From the human T2T-CHM13v2.0 reference genome, Homo sapiens, in the NCBI RefSeq assembly GCF_009914755.1, contig NC_060932.1: DNA of 64,000 nucleotides; one strand, written 5' to 3'. Positions 27,560 to 41,059 of this stretch are shown in pieces. The notes under the pieces are model-generated. The model was not told where the DNA came from. It searched no databases and saw only the letters and a list, made by a program, of their open reading frames with translations. The translations under genes were made by a program, and so were the position numbers. Position 1 is the stretch's first letter, and each line of letters opens with the position of its first letter.

Positions 27560-28040
27560 TTTGGTCATAAGTGACAAAAACCAAATGTAATTTGCCTAAG
27601 GGGGAAAGAAAAATGGAATGAATGAAAGGAATGAATTAATCTGTAACAGAATGATTGAAGAGTAGACCTAGCTTCAGGACTGGATTAAACAATTTAGGAC
27701 TGGGTTTTCCTCCTGTCTGTTGGGTCTGCTTCCTCTGTATTAACTCCATCCTCACAAAACCTCATTCACTAGTGGCCTCAGAAGGGCTGCTAGCAACTCT
27801 TAGGGCTGTATCAGAGAGCAAGAGATTTTGTTCAGAATATATCCTGAGATTAATTGTATTGAAATTTACTATAAACCAATTGCTATGGTCAGGGGAATTG
27901 AGTGTTATGATTTTCTGTGGCCTGAAAAGCTCATAGACAAATTGTGGGAATCAAGGAGCAATGTGGTTCCTAGAAAAAAATTCCACCTTTTGCTTGAAAA
28001 AGGGTGGATGGATAGAAAAAAAATTCAATGCATGTCACAA
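27560..28040 (-). mobile_element. Old MLT1 (J/K/L-like) LTR relic
   Basis: ttggtcataagtgacaaaaaccaaatgtaatttgcctaag...ctagcttcaggactggatt...aaccaattgctatggtcagggga. Confidence 0.55.
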
Positions 28041-28261
28041 GAGGTTCTAATAATTGCCAGTGCATTTTTAGACATTTTCCTAATAATTCAAACATATATG
28101 TTAAAAACAAATTTTTCTAAGCTTACATATTCATTGTTTAGAAGATTTTGTTAGCCTTTGGAATCTATACAAGATACAGCATTTTGTCTATTGATTTATT
28201 TATGAGATGAATAGGAATGAAAAAAAGAGAAATTTAAACATTGCTTTATTGCTTTGCGAGC

Positions 28262-28530
28262 ATCTACTTTCTTTACTTTCTTCTTGCCTTCCCTCCCCAT
28301 TTTTCCCCTCATCTTCCTTCGCCTTTCCCATATGCCTTTCTTATTCTCTTATTTTCTTTTCATTTCTTACTCCTCTTTTCCTCCTCTTTTTCCCCTCTTC
28401 TTTCATTACTTCTTTTCTTGTGTTTCATTACTTCTTTTCTTGTCTTTCATTTTCTCCTTACTCATTTCTCTTCCTCCATTTTTGCCCTTTTCTTGGTTAT
28501 GTCTTTTTCTCATTCTTCAATCTGCTTCAA
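28262..28530. repeat. Pyrimidine-rich (CT) low-complexity tract
   Basis: About 270 bp almost entirely C/T. It generates the spurious F/L/S-rich ORFs in all three + frames. Confidence 0.9.
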
Positions 28531-29984
28531 GCCTTTCAGTCTGCATCAAGGAAATCTCTTTCTCATCTTTCTAAACAAGATAGTATAGCCAGCAAGGCTT
28601 AAATACGATTGTAATGAATTAATTTATTTTTGTGTAAAGCAAATTGTTGATGGACAGAAGAGACTCCCCATGTGTTCTGAGTCCAATTCTATTAAGGTTC
28701 TTATACACCAATAACCCCTGTTACCCCTTTGCCTTCCAGGATTTTTCAACACCTTTCCTTCTCTGGAATACAATAAAAATTTAACTTACCAAGAGCATTA
28801 ACTAAATCCAGTTGATCATTTTAGTTTTAGCTTAATATTACTTTGGGCACATTACAGTGCCTAATTACCCCCCCACCTTGAAACACATTGTCTTAATTGT
28901 CAGGATAGCATCCTTCATTCTAATGTACATAAATTTCTACATTATGTAAAACCATATAACAATAACTGTCAGTAATATTCAATTGAAATTGAAATGTTTA
29001 TATGTGTTGCCAGTTTTCTTTTTGTGCTTAGAGTTTTTCTCCATTTCCTTAAGGGAAAACTATGCTATAAGTGTTTGTGTCTTTGTAAATAAGCATGTAA
29101 TAGATTGATTAATTTCCTTCCACAATCAGAATTTTTTAGATTATTAATTAGTACATGAGTAAAATATATGTAAGAAAAAACTGAAACTTACAATATATGG
29201 GTTTCTCTATAGCATCAACAAAATATTGCATTTTGCATCAATTATTTGAACTGTAATGAAATGAGATTCAAAATTTGATAACTATTTCACTAATTTGCAC
29301 TTCAGTCACACTGACTGAGCATTTACTTTGTGATTCTTAAGTCAGATACTAAAATTAAAACTCTCTGTCTTGAGTTATTGCTTCATCTGATGAATGGGCT
29401 GGTATAGCCTTAAAGCAATCTCCTGGTGGTGGGCGAAGGGGGGGGAGTTCCACAGGTGCCTGTATTATTTCAAGATTTAGTTTCTAGTGCTTTAAAAAAA
29501 TTAGATACACTAGCAGTGTGAGGTGGTGCCTAGTGCTTAAGTGAAAGCAAAAAAAAAAATTAAATTGTGTACTTGGTCACAATAATGTTATACTATGGAA
29601 GGAAGTGCCTGAAATTTGGTGGCCAAATAGCCATCTCTGGCACATAAAATATTCTCTCTGCAGACTGGCATGGAATATGACATCTTGTGGGAGCATGTGT
29701 AAGACCATTTTAGTTACTTGGCTTAACTGGAAAAGATGTTTTAATTTGTTTTCCAGATGAAGGACAGAATGTTGAGTCATAAAGCAAAACAACAAACAAA
29801 CTATCACCACCACACCAATAAAACAGGATATTGAAAGAAAACAGGAGATAAGGAAGACCATATTTTGATTTTTGGTTTATAATAACACTGTGGGTCAAAA
29901 CCAGAATAGAAGTTAAATTTACCATCTGAATTCTGAAAAGAAATATATTTGTCAGTGATTTTAAGACACTTAAATTTAACTATA

Positions 29985-31078
29985 TAATATTTTTTAAAGG
30001 TGAAATGTACTTACTACAAAACAGATACATCATAAATGTATTGATTGATTTTAAGTAAATTTGTACAGTTACACAACATCCACACAATCTCTGTTTAGAA
30101 CATTTCTATCACTACAAAAAGGGCCAAACCTCACTTGCACCTTCGGCTACCATTAATCTGCTTTCTGTATCTATAGTTTTACTTCTAAGAATTCCATAAA
30201 AATCAAATTTAAAAATATATAATGATTTGTGTCTTGCTTCTTTCCCTATGTATTATGTTTTTGAAGTACATCTATATTGCTGCAGATATCAATAGTACTT
30301 TTCTTTATATTGTTGAATGTTACTCAGTTTATTAGGTATAATACACTTTATTTCTCTATTCATCAGTTAATGGACATTTGTTGTTTCATGTTTTTGGCTA
30401 TTATGAAACATACACATTCACATACAAGTCATTTTTGGACTTATGTTTTATTTTTGGGGGGTGTAGACACATAAAAATAGAATTGCTGGATCATACAGTA
30501 AATATATGTTTAAAATTTTAAGAAACTATTTTCCAAAATGGCAATTTTATTTTACACTCTTACCATGAATATATGAGAGTTCCATTTCACACATCCTTGG
30601 CAAAACTTGGTAATTTTCAATATCTATGATTGAAGCTATTCTAGTGAGTCTGTAGTGATATTTTACTGTGGTTTCAATTTGAATTTCTCTAATGAATAAT
30701 TACATTGAACACATTTTCATATGCTTATTAACAATGTATATATCTTCACTGGTGCAATATCTATTTATTTTCTGTTAGTTTGTTAATGTTACAAGATTCC
30801 TTTCTATCTTCAGGATAGAACTTTTCTCAGACATACATTTTGCCAGTATGTTACTCCAGTCTGTAACCTATTTTTTTCATTTTTTTCAATGGTGACTACT
30901 TATTAGCAAAAGTTTATAAGTGTTTCTGAAGGCCAATATATCAATATTTTCTCTCTGAGGATTGTACTTGTAGTATAATATCTATGAAATCTTTGCCTAA
31001 CCTAAAGTCACAAAAAAATTCTCATGTTTTATTTTAGAACTTTCATTTATCCCTTATATTTAGGACAATAATACATTG
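29985..31078 (-). mobile_element. Old L1 (L1MB/L1ME-type) 3' end
   Basis: tttagaacatttctatcactacaaaaagg...cattaatctgctttctgtatctatag...gaattgctggatcata...aaatctttgcctaacctaaagtcac. Confidence 0.8.
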
Positions 31079-31089
31079 ATAAAATTATA

Positions 31090-31278
31090 AAGCTTTGTAA
31101 GATTCTAAGCAATTCTTTAAAGGAGAGAAATATATTTAATCATAGGAAAAGTCATTTTTATAAAGCTATGGTTTCCTAATTTATCTATAGATTAAGTCTA
31201 ATTCTAGGAACTTGACAAACTAATGCTCAAATTTGTATAAAAGAACAAAAGTCTAAAAAATACTTTGAAAGAAGTAGA
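31090..31278 (+). mobile_element. Old L1 ORF2 fragment (host of the L1PA insertion)
   Basis: cctaatttatctatagatt...aacttgacaaactaatgctcaaatttgtataaaa; continues at 39860. Confidence 0.55.
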
Positions 31279-32589
31279 GGAAGAGAGCAGCCAAGATGGC
31301 TGAATAGAAAGAGCTCTGCTCTGAGACTCCTACAGAGAAGGACAAAAACTGCAAGTGATTCTGCATTTTTGGGAGTCATTGGGAGGTGCACAGGGCAAAG
31401 GGAACTGCCTTGCCCAGCCAAGGGAGGTGGTAAAGGATTGTGCCTACCCTCCCTGAAAACCATGCTTTTCCCATGGATCCTTGCAACCTGTGGATCAGGA
31501 GGTCCCCTCCTGAGTCCACACCACCAGAGCCTTGGGTCCCAAGCACAAAGCTATGGAGAATTATGGTGACGGCTAGGGTGAGCAGCCACTAGAGTAGGCA
31601 CTGAGAAACAGGAGCATTTGCATATTCCAATTCTGGAAACTCCCATGAGGCAGGAGATCCTTCTACTCCCATGCGGAGGGGGCTAGAGCCAGGGAGCCAA
31701 GTGGCCTCATTCCCACAGAACCTCACAAGCTAAAACCCAGTGGCTTAGAATCCCAGCTGGCCAGCGCAGCAGGCTAGAGAATGCCTAAGAAGACCAAGTT
31801 CCCGGGGGGAGGGGCAGCCACCATCATTGCGGCTCCGGTTGGCCAGTTTTGCCCTGCCGTCAGTGCCAGTGAGATGGGGCAGTCTGGACCAAGAGCAGTT
31901 CCCCACAGCACAGCACAGTGGCTGGATCACTTCGTGACCAGACTGCATATTTAAGCAGGACACCGATATACTCCTCCACACCAGGTGGGACCTCCGTGTG
32001 GGAATTTCAGCATCCCCAACCAGGGGTTTATGGACAGAACTCTGATAGCCCTGAGAAGAGTCCCTAGGGGGAGGGGCAGCTGTGGTATTGTGGATCAACA
32101 ATCTTTTCTGCCTACTGGCTCTGGAGAATCACGGCAGCCCAGACTAAGGGGATTCCCCCCAGCGTAGCACACTCACCTTACCATGGGGCAGCCAGACTGC
32201 TTTTTTAAGCGGGTCCCTGATCTTGCTCCTCCTGAGTGTGATCTTACACAAGACCTCCCGACAGAAGTCTCCAGACACTTCATATAAGAGTGTTTTGGCC
32301 ACCATCAGGTTGGTGCCCCTCTGAGACAGAGCTTCTAGAGGAAGAAGCAGGCTGCCATCTTTGCTGGTCTGCAGCCTCCACTGGTGATACTTCCAGGGGT
32401 GAGAGGAACCCAGGCAAATAGGGTCTGGAGTAGATCCCGAGCAAACCACAGCAGCCCTACAGAAGAGGGGCCTGACAGCGAAAAGAAAGACAAACAGACG
32501 GCAACAACAAAAACAACATCAATGAAAAAGACTCCAGAAAAACCCCAACCAAAGGTCTGCAGCATCAAAAATCAAAAGTAGATAAACCC

Positions 32590-33610
32590 ATGAAGATGAG
32601 AAAGAATCAATGCAAAAATGCTGCAAACTTAAAAAGCCAGAGTGTCTCTTCTCCTCCAAATGATTGCAACACATCTTCAGCAAGGGCACAGAACTGGGCT
32701 GAGGCTGAGATGCATGAATTGACAGAATTGGCCTTCAGAAGATGGGTAACAACGAACTTCACTGAGCTAAAGGGTTATGTTCTAACTCACTGCAAAGAAG
32801 CTGAGAACCATGATAAAACATTACAGGAGCTGTTACCAGAATAACTAGTTTAGAGAGGAACATGAATGACCTGATGGGGCTGAAAAACACAACACAAGAA
32901 CTTAATAATGCAAACACAAATATTGATAGCCAAATAGACCAAGCAGAAAAAAGTATATCAGAGCTTAAAGATTATCTTGCTGAAGTAAGTTAAGCAGTCA
33001 AGATAAGAGAAAAAAAGAATGAAAAGGAACCAACAAAGCCTGTGAGAATTATGGGATTATGTTAAAAGACTGACCTATGACTGATAGGTGTACCTGAAAG
33101 AGTTGGGGAAGATGGAACCACATTGGAAAGCACACTTAGGATATCACCCAGGAGAACTTCCCCAACCTGGCAAGACAGGCCAACATTCAAATTCAGGAAA
33201 TCCAGAGAATCCCAGGAAAATACTCCAAGAGAAGATCAACCACAAGACACATAATCATCAGATTGTCCAAGGTTGAAATAAAGGAAAATGTGTTTAGGGC
33301 AGCCAGAGAGAAAGGCCAGGTCACCTATCATGGGAAGCCCATCAGACTAATAGCAGACTTCTCATCAGAAACCCTACAAGCCAGAAGATATTGAGGACCA
33401 ATATACAACATTCTTAAAGAAAAGAATTTCGAACCTAGAATTTTACATCTGGTCAAACTAAGCTTCATAAGTGAAGGAAAAATAAAATCTTTTTCAGACA
33501 AGCAAATGCTGAGGGCCACCAGGCCTGCCTTGCAAGAGCTCCTGAAGGAAGCACTAAATATGGAAAGAAAAATCATTACCAGCCACTACAAAAACACACT
33601 GAAGTACACA
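32590..33610 (+). pseudogene. L1 ORF1p remnant (stops and frameshifts)
   Basis: ORF 32590-32844 ends prematurely. Downstream pieces (gaagcccatcagactaatagcagacttctcatcagaaaccctacaagccagaaga) match ORF1. Confidence 0.85.
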
Positions 33611-33669
33611 GACCAGTGATACTATAAAGGAAATACATAAGCAAGTGTGAAAAATAACAGGCTAGCATC

Positions 33670-36600
33670 ATGATGTCAGGATCCAATTCACACATAACAA
33701 TATTAACCATAAATGTAAATAGGCTAAATGCCCCAATTAAAAGACACGGAGTGGCAAGCTAGATAAAGAATCAAAATCCATCAGTGTGCTGTATTCAAGA
33801 GACCCATCTCACATGAAAAGATACAAACAGACTCAAAATAAAAGGATGGAGGGAAATTTACCAAGCAAATGGAAAACAGAGAAAAGCAGAGGTTGCAATC
33901 CTAGTTTCTTACAAAACAGAGTTAAAACCAATAAAGATCAAAAAAGACAAAGAAGGGCATTACAAAATCATAAAGGGTTCAATTCAACAAGAAGAGCTAA
34001 CTGTCCTAAATATGTATGTACCCAATACAGGAGCAACGAAATTCATATAACAAGTTCTTAGAGACCTACAAAGAGACTTAGACTCCAACACAATAATTAA
34101 TAGTTGGAGACTTTAACACCCTACTCTCAAAATTAGGCAGATCATTGAAACAGAAAATTAACAAAGATATTCAGGACTTGAACTCAGCTCTGGATCAAGT
34201 GGACCTGATAGATATATCAAAGCAACAGAATATACGTTCTTCTTGGTGGCACATGGCACTTACTCTAAAATTGATTATGTAATTGGAAGTAAATCACTCC
34301 TCAGCAAATGCAAAAGAATGGAAATCATAACAAACAGTCTTTTAGACCGTAGTTCAATCAAATTAGAACTCAAGATTAAGAAACTCACTCAAAACCACAC
34401 AACTATATGGAAATTGAACAACAGGCTCCTGATTGACTCCTGGGTAAATAATGAAATGAAGGCAGAAATCAAGAAGTTTTTTGAAACCAATGAGAAGATA
34501 GAGACAATGTACCAGAATCTCTGGGATGCAGCAAAAGCAGTGTTAGGAGGAAAATATATAGCACTAAATGCTCATATTAAAAAGCTAGAAAGGTCTCAAA
34601 TCAATACCCTAGCATCACAACTAAAAGAACTAAAGAACCAAGAGCAAACAAACCCCAAAGTTAGCAGAAGACAAGAAATAACCAAGATCAGAGTGGAACT
34701 GAAGGAGATAGAGACATGAAAAATCCTTCAAAAAAATCAATGAATCCAGGAGGTGGTTTTTGGAAGAAAAATTAACAAAATAGGTAAATTGCTAGCTAGA
34801 CTGATAAAGAAAAGAGAAAAATCAGATAGACAAAATAAAAAATGATAAAGGGGATATCACTACTGACCCCACAGAAATACAACCAACCATCAGACAATAC
34901 TATAAATAGCTCTATGCAAATAAACTAGAAAATCTGGAAGAAATGGATAAATTCCTGGACACACCCACCCAAGATTGAACCAGGAAAAAGTTGAATTCCT
35001 GAATAGAACATTAACAAGTTCTGAAATTGAGGCAGTAATAAATAGCCTACTGTATTATTTCTTTTTCATGCTGCTGATAAAGACACACCCAAGACTGGGC
35101 AATTTACAAAAGAAAGAAGTTTAATGGACACACACAGTTGCACTGGTTGGGGAGGCCTCACTATCATGGCAGAAGACAAAGAGGAGCAAGTCACATCTTA
35201 CACGGATGGCAGCAGGAAAAGAGAGAGTTTGTGCAGAGAATCTCTCATTATTAAAACCATCAGATCTGATGAACTCATTCACTATCACAAGAACAACACA
35301 GGAAAGACCTATCCTCATAATTGAATCACCCCTCACCATGTTCCTCCCACAACACATGGGCATTGTGGGAGTTACAATTCAAGATGAAATTTGGGTGAGG
35401 ACACAGCCAAAGCATATTATTCCACCTTTGGCCCCTCCCAAATCTTATGTCCTCACATTTCAAAAATGATCCTGCCTTCCCAGCAGTGTCCCAAAGTCTT
35501 AATTCATTTCTGCATTAACTCAAAAGTCTACAGTCCAATGTCTCATCTGAGACAAGACAAGTCCTTCCCACCCATGAGCCTGTAAAGTCAAAAGCAAGTT
35601 AGTTACTCCCTAGATACAAAAGGGTTATAGGTATTGGGTAAATACAGCCACTCAAATGGGAGAAATTGGCCAAAACAAAAGGACTACAAGCCCCATGCAA
35701 GTCTGAAATCCAGCAGGGCAGTCACATCTTAAAGCTCCAAAATGATCTCCTTTGACTCCATGTCTTGCACCTCAGTCACTTTGATGCAAGACGTGGGTTT
35801 CCATGGTCTTGGGAAACTCCGTCCATGTGGCTTTGCAGGGTATGGCCTCCCTCCCAGCTGCTTTCACAGGCTGTTGTTTAGTGTCTGTTGCTTTTCCAGG
35901 CACATGGTGCAAGCTGTTGGTAGATCTACCATTCTGGGGTCTGGAAGATGGTGGCTCTCTTCTCATAGCTCCACTAGGCAATGATCCAGTAGGTACTCTC
36001 TGTGGGGGGATCTGACCGCACATTTCCCTTCTGCACTTCCCTAGCAGATGTTGTCCATGAGAGCTCTGCTTCTACTGCAAACTTCTGCCTGGACATCCAG
36101 GTGTTTCCATACATCCTCTGAAATCTAAGAGGAGGTTCCCAAACCCCAATTCTTGATTTCTGTGCAGTGGCAGGCTCAACACCATGTGGAAGCAGCCAAG
36201 GCTTGAAGCTTGCACCCTCTGAAGCCACAACCTGAGCTCTACATTGTCCCTTTTCACCCATAGCTGTAGCAGCTGGGATGCAGGGCACTAAGTCCCTAGG
36301 TGGCACACAGCACAGGGACCCTGGGCTCAATCCACAAAATCAATAAAAATAACATTTTCCTCCTAGGCTTCTGAGCCTTTAATGAAAGGGGCAGCCAGGA
36401 AGGGGACATGCCCTGGAGACATTTTCCCACTGTCTTGGGGATTAACATTCAGCTTCTCATTACTTATGCAAATTTCTGCAGCCAACTTACGTTTCTCCTC
36501 AGAAAATGGGATTTTCTTTTCTATTGCAATGTCAGGCTGCAAATTTTCTGAACTTTTATGCTCTGTTTCACTTTTTAAAACTTAATGCCTTTAACAGCAA

Positions 36601-39560
36601 TCAAGTCACCTCTTGAATGCTTTGCTGTTTAGAAATTTCTTCTGCTAGATACCCTAAATCATTTCTCTCAAGTTCAAAGCTCCACGAATCTCTAGGGCAG
36701 GGACAAAATGCCACCACTCTCTATGCAAGAGTCACCTTTACTCCAGTTCCTCATCTCCATCTGAGACCACCTCTGCCTGGATTTCATTGTCAATTTCACT
36801 ATGAGCATTTTGGGCAAAGCCATTCAACAAGTCTCTAGGGAGTTCCAAACTTTCCCTCATTTTCCTGTCTTCTTCTAAGCCCACCAAGCTGTTCCAACCT
36901 ATTCCTGTTACCCAGTTCCAAAGCTGCTTCCACATTTTTGGGTATCTTTTCAGCAGCACCCCACTTGACTAGTACTAATTTACTGTATTAGTCCATTTTC
37001 ATGCTGCTAATAAAGATATACCCGAGACTGTGCAATTTACAAAAGAAAGAGCTTTAATGGACTTACAGTTCCAGCTGGTTGGGGAATCCTCACAATCATG
37101 ACAGAAGACGATGAGGAGCAAGTCACATCTTACATGGATGTCAGCAGGCAAAGAAAGAGCTTGTACAGGAAAACTCCCATTTTTAAAACCATCAGATCTT
37201 GTGAACTCATTCACTGTCATGAGAATAGCACAGGAAAGACCTGCCCCCATAATTTAATCACCTCCCACCGGGTTTCTCCCACAAGTGGGCATTGTGGGAG
37301 TTACAATTCAAGATGAAATTTGACTAGGGACACAGCCAAACCATGTCACCTACCAACCAAAAACAGCCCAGGACCAGATGGATTTATAGCCAAATTGTAC
37401 CAGAAATACGAAGAGGAACTGATACCTTTTTTTCTGAAAGTATTCAAAATAATAGAAAAGGAGGAACTCCTCCCTAACTCATTCTATGAGGACAGCATTA
37501 TCCTGATTCCAAAACCTGGCAGAGATACAACAAAAAAAGAAAACTTCAGGCCAATATCCCTGACAAACATTAGTGCAAAAATTCTCACTAAAATACTGGC
37601 AAACTGAATATTGGAGCACATCAAAAAGCTTATCCACCAGGATAAAGTTGGTTTTCCCAGGATGCAAGCCTAGTTCAATATATGCAAATCAATAAAGGCA
37701 ATTCATCACATAAACAGATCTAAAGACAAAAACAACATGATTATCTCAATAGATGCAGAAAAGGCCTTTGATAAAATTCACCATCCCTTCATCTTCAAAA
37801 CTCTCAATAAACTAGGTATTGAAGAAACATACCTCAAAATAATAAGAGCTGTTTATGACAAACCCACAGCCAATATCATACTGAATAGGCAAAAGCTGGA
37901 AGCATTCTCCTTAAAAGCTAGCCCAAGACAAGGATGCCCTTTCTCACTACTCCTATTCAACATAGTATTGGAAGTTCTGGCCAGGGAAATCAGGCAAGAG
38001 ATAGAAATAAAGGGTATTCAAATAGGAAGAGAGGAAGTCAAATTGTCTTTGTTTGCAGATGACATGATCCTATATCTAGAAAACCCCATTGACTCAGCCC
38101 AAAAGCCTCTTAAGCTGATAAGCAACTTCAGCAAAGTCTCAGGATACAAAATCAATATGCAGAAGTCACAAGCATTCTAATACACCAACATCAGGCAAGT
38201 AGAGAGCCTAATCATGAATGAACTCCTATTCACAATTGCTGCAAAGAGAATACAATACCCAGGAATACAGCTAACAAGGGAGGTGTAGGACCTCTTCTGG
38301 GAGAACTACAAACCACTGCTCAAGGAAACCAGGGAGGACACAAACAAATGGAAACATATTCTATGCTCATGAATAGGAAGAATCAATATCAGGAAAATGG
38401 CCATGCTGCCCAAAGTAATTTATAGATTCAATGATATTCCCACTAAACTACCACTGACATTCTTCACAGAATTAGAAAAAACTACTTTGAAATTCATATG
38501 GAACCAAAAAAGAGCTCGTATAGCCAAGACAATCCTAAGCAAAAAGAGCTAAGCTGGAGGAATCATGCTACTTGACTTCAAACTGTACTACAAAGCTACA
38601 ATAACCAAAACAGCATGGTACTGTTACAAGAACAGACACATAGACCAATGGAACAGAATAGATAACTCAAAAATAAGACAGCACATCTACAATCATCTGA
38701 TCTTCAATAAAACTGAGAAAAACAAGCAATGGGGAAATAATTCCTTATTTAATAAATACTGCTGGGAAAACTGGCTAGCCATATGCAGAAAATTGAAACT
38801 AGATCCTTCATTACATCTTACACAAAAGTTAACTCAAGACTGATTAAAGACTTAAATGTAAAACCCAAAACTATAAAAACTCTAGAAGAAAATCTAGGCA
38901 ATACCATTTAGGACATAGGCACAGCTAAAGATTTCATGATGGAATTTCCAAAAGCAATTGCAGCAAAAGCAAAAATTGACAAATTGGATCTAATTAAACT
39001 AAGGAGCTTTGGCACAGCAAAAGAAACTATCATCAGAGCAAACAGGAAACCTACAGAGTGGGAAAAAATTTTTGCAATCTATCCACCTGACAAAGGTTTA
39101 ACATCCAGAATCTAGAAGGAACTCAAACAAATTTACAAGAAAAAACAACCCCATTAAAAAGTGGGCAAATGACATGAACAGACACTTCTCAAAAGAAGAC
39201 ATTCATGCAGCTAACAAACATATGAAATAAAAGCTCAACATCACTGATTATTAGAGAAATGCAAATCATTGTGGAAGATGGTGTGGCAATTTCTGAAAGA
39301 CCGAGAACCAGATAGGCCACTGACTCAGCAATCCCATTACAGGGTATATACCCCCAAATATATAAATCATTCTATTACAAAGATACATGCATGTGTATAT
39401 TCATTGCAACACTAATCACAATAGCAAAGATGGAATCAACCCAAATGTCCATCAATGATAGACTAGATAAAGAAAATGTGGTATGTATACAACATGGAAT
39501 ATTATATAGCCATAAAAAGAAATGAGATCATGTTCATTGCAGGGACATGGATGAAGCTGG
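33670..39560 (+). pseudogene. L1 ORF2p remnant (endonuclease/reverse transcriptase), fragmented
   Basis: Fragments 34243-34719, 37320-37607, 37737-38180 (FADD) and 38565-38843 translate to ORF2p. Multiple stops, a THE1 insertion and a C-terminal deletion. Confidence 0.9.
35051..37348 (-). mobile_element. Complete THE1 (THE1A/B-like) MaLR provirus: LTR-int-LTR
   Basis: LTRs at 35051-35419 and 36984-37348 (tgtatta...cacagccaaaccatgtca), about 1.56 kb THE1-int between them, perfect 5-bp TSD CCTAC at 35046-35050 and 37349-37353. Confidence 0.96.
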
Positions 39561-39859
39561 ATGCCATTACCCTAAGCAAACTAACACAGGAACAGAAAAC
39601 CAAACACCACATGTTCTCATTTATAAGTGGGAGCTGAACAGTAAGAACACATAGACACAGGGATGGAAACAACACACACTGGGGGGTGAGGTGGCAGGGA
39701 GGGAGAACATAAGGAAAAATGGCTAATGCATGCTAGGCCTAATACCTAGGTGATGAGTTGATAGGTGCAGCAAACCACTATGGCACACGTTTACCTATGT
39801 AACATACCTGCACACCCTGCACATGTACCACCAAACTAAAACTAAAAAATAAAAAGTAT

Positions 39860-40351
39860 AGGAGATTAGGTTTTCAAAATATCAAAATTGATTCTGATGC
39901 TATAATAATTGAAAGGGTATAGCATAGGTCAGAATGGAAAATTGACCAGTGAAATAAAATAGAAAACACAGAATCAACAGACCCTTATTCATTCTGATGG
40001 AAATTGTATACAGGTCAATAAACGAGTGAAAGACTCTGCAATGAATAGTGCAAATCAACTGATTATCTATATAGAAAAAAATGAAATAGGATGCCTACTT
40101 CTCATTGTATATGTAAAGTGACCCAAGGGAATCAAGTAGTTAAGGAAAAAAGCAATACTTCAAAAATTTTGGAATAAAATATAGAATATCATTATATTCT
40201 CAAGATTAATCAAGATTTTTAAAAATAAATCTGAAAAAATCCTAAACACACACACACAAAATACTAGAGTATCTTAATACTAAGGATCTTCTATCATTTA
40301 AAACACACCATGAAGAATGTGAAAATACCATCTTTGAACAGTCCTGAGAAG

Positions 40352-40386
<35 letters not shown>

Positions 40387-40830
40387 AAAAAAAACACATA
40401 GAGTTATATATCTAAGAAAGAATTAGTGAGAATATAAAGAAATATTGCATATCAGTCATAAAAGACAAGCAAAACCAATGAGAATATGAGCAAAGGACAA
40501 TAGATCCACTTTCCAGAAGAATAAGCAGAAGGCAAACCAGCATGTGAGATGCTGAACATCCTTCATTGAGTATATTACAAATGAGGACCACAATAAAGAA
40601 GATTTTGCATTCAATTTTACACAATATAAAAAGTTTAACAATATAATCATAAGGGTGTGGAATAGTATGAATTTGTATTCATTGATCAAAAGGTATATAA
40701 ATTGTTTCCAGCCTTATGGGAAAAGAAAGTTTTATCTTGTAAAGTAGAACATTCATATGACCTAAATTCCATCATTCCCCATGCCTGGGAATATAACCTA
40801 GATAAATCATTTCGTATGTATAAACAGATA
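39860..40830 (+). mobile_element. Old L1ME-type ORF2/3' fragment with (CA)n tracts
   Basis: aattgaccagtgaaataaaatagaaaacacagaa...aactgattatctatatagaaaaaaatgaaatagg; (CA)n at about 40246-40257 and 40354-40382. Confidence 0.65.
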
Positions 40831-40869
40831 CAAGACTTTTTTTTTCCTGAATATCATCTCTCCCTTGAG

Positions 40870-41022
40870 GCAAACAAAGTGACATCATCACACTTTTACC
40901 ATATGTTCTGGTTAGAAGTAAGTCACCAGGTCCCACCTACAGTCAAGTGGAGAGGATTACCAATGGCTGTGGATATTAGGAGGCAGTGATCTTTGGGATC
41001 CATTTTAGAAGATGCTTACTCT
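40870..41022 (-). mobile_element. MLT1F/G-type LTR fragment
   Basis: aagtgacatcatcacacttttaccatatgttctggttagaagtaagtcaccaggtcccacctacagtcaag...gggatccattttagaag. Confidence 0.7.
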
Positions 41023-41059
41023 AATATGTTTTTAGAATCTATACTGTTTTAAATCTAAA

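Larger units (their letters stand above)
31280..39855 (+). mobile_element. Full-length L1PA10-12-like LINE-1 (5'UTR, ORF1, ORF2, 3'UTR), inactivated and interrupted by THE1
   Basis: 5' start agccaagatggctgaatagaaagagctc. ORF1 start at 32590 (MKMRKNQ...). ORF2 EN region ([14 protein letters not shown]) and RT motif [15 protein letters not shown]. 3'UTR ggctaatgcatgctaggcctaatacctaggtgatg... Degenerate TSD aaagaagtagagg / aaaaagtatagg. Confidence 0.95.

Noticed and set aside
28207-28602. Three overlapping hydrophobic ORFs that look like membrane proteins
   Set aside because: Artefact of a stop-poor C/T low-complexity tract
31280-32590. GC-richer region as a host-gene promoter or CpG island
   Set aside because: It is the L1 5'UTR and is CpG-depleted
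35420-36983. Cluster of 60-118 aa ORFs suggesting a gene
   Set aside because: All lie in THE1 internal sequence, which holds a decayed MaLR ORF. None is intact.
33670-39560. Active reverse transcriptase or novel retroelement gene
   Set aside because: Ordinary L1 ORF2 broken by stops, frameshifts, a THE1 insertion and a CCHC deletion
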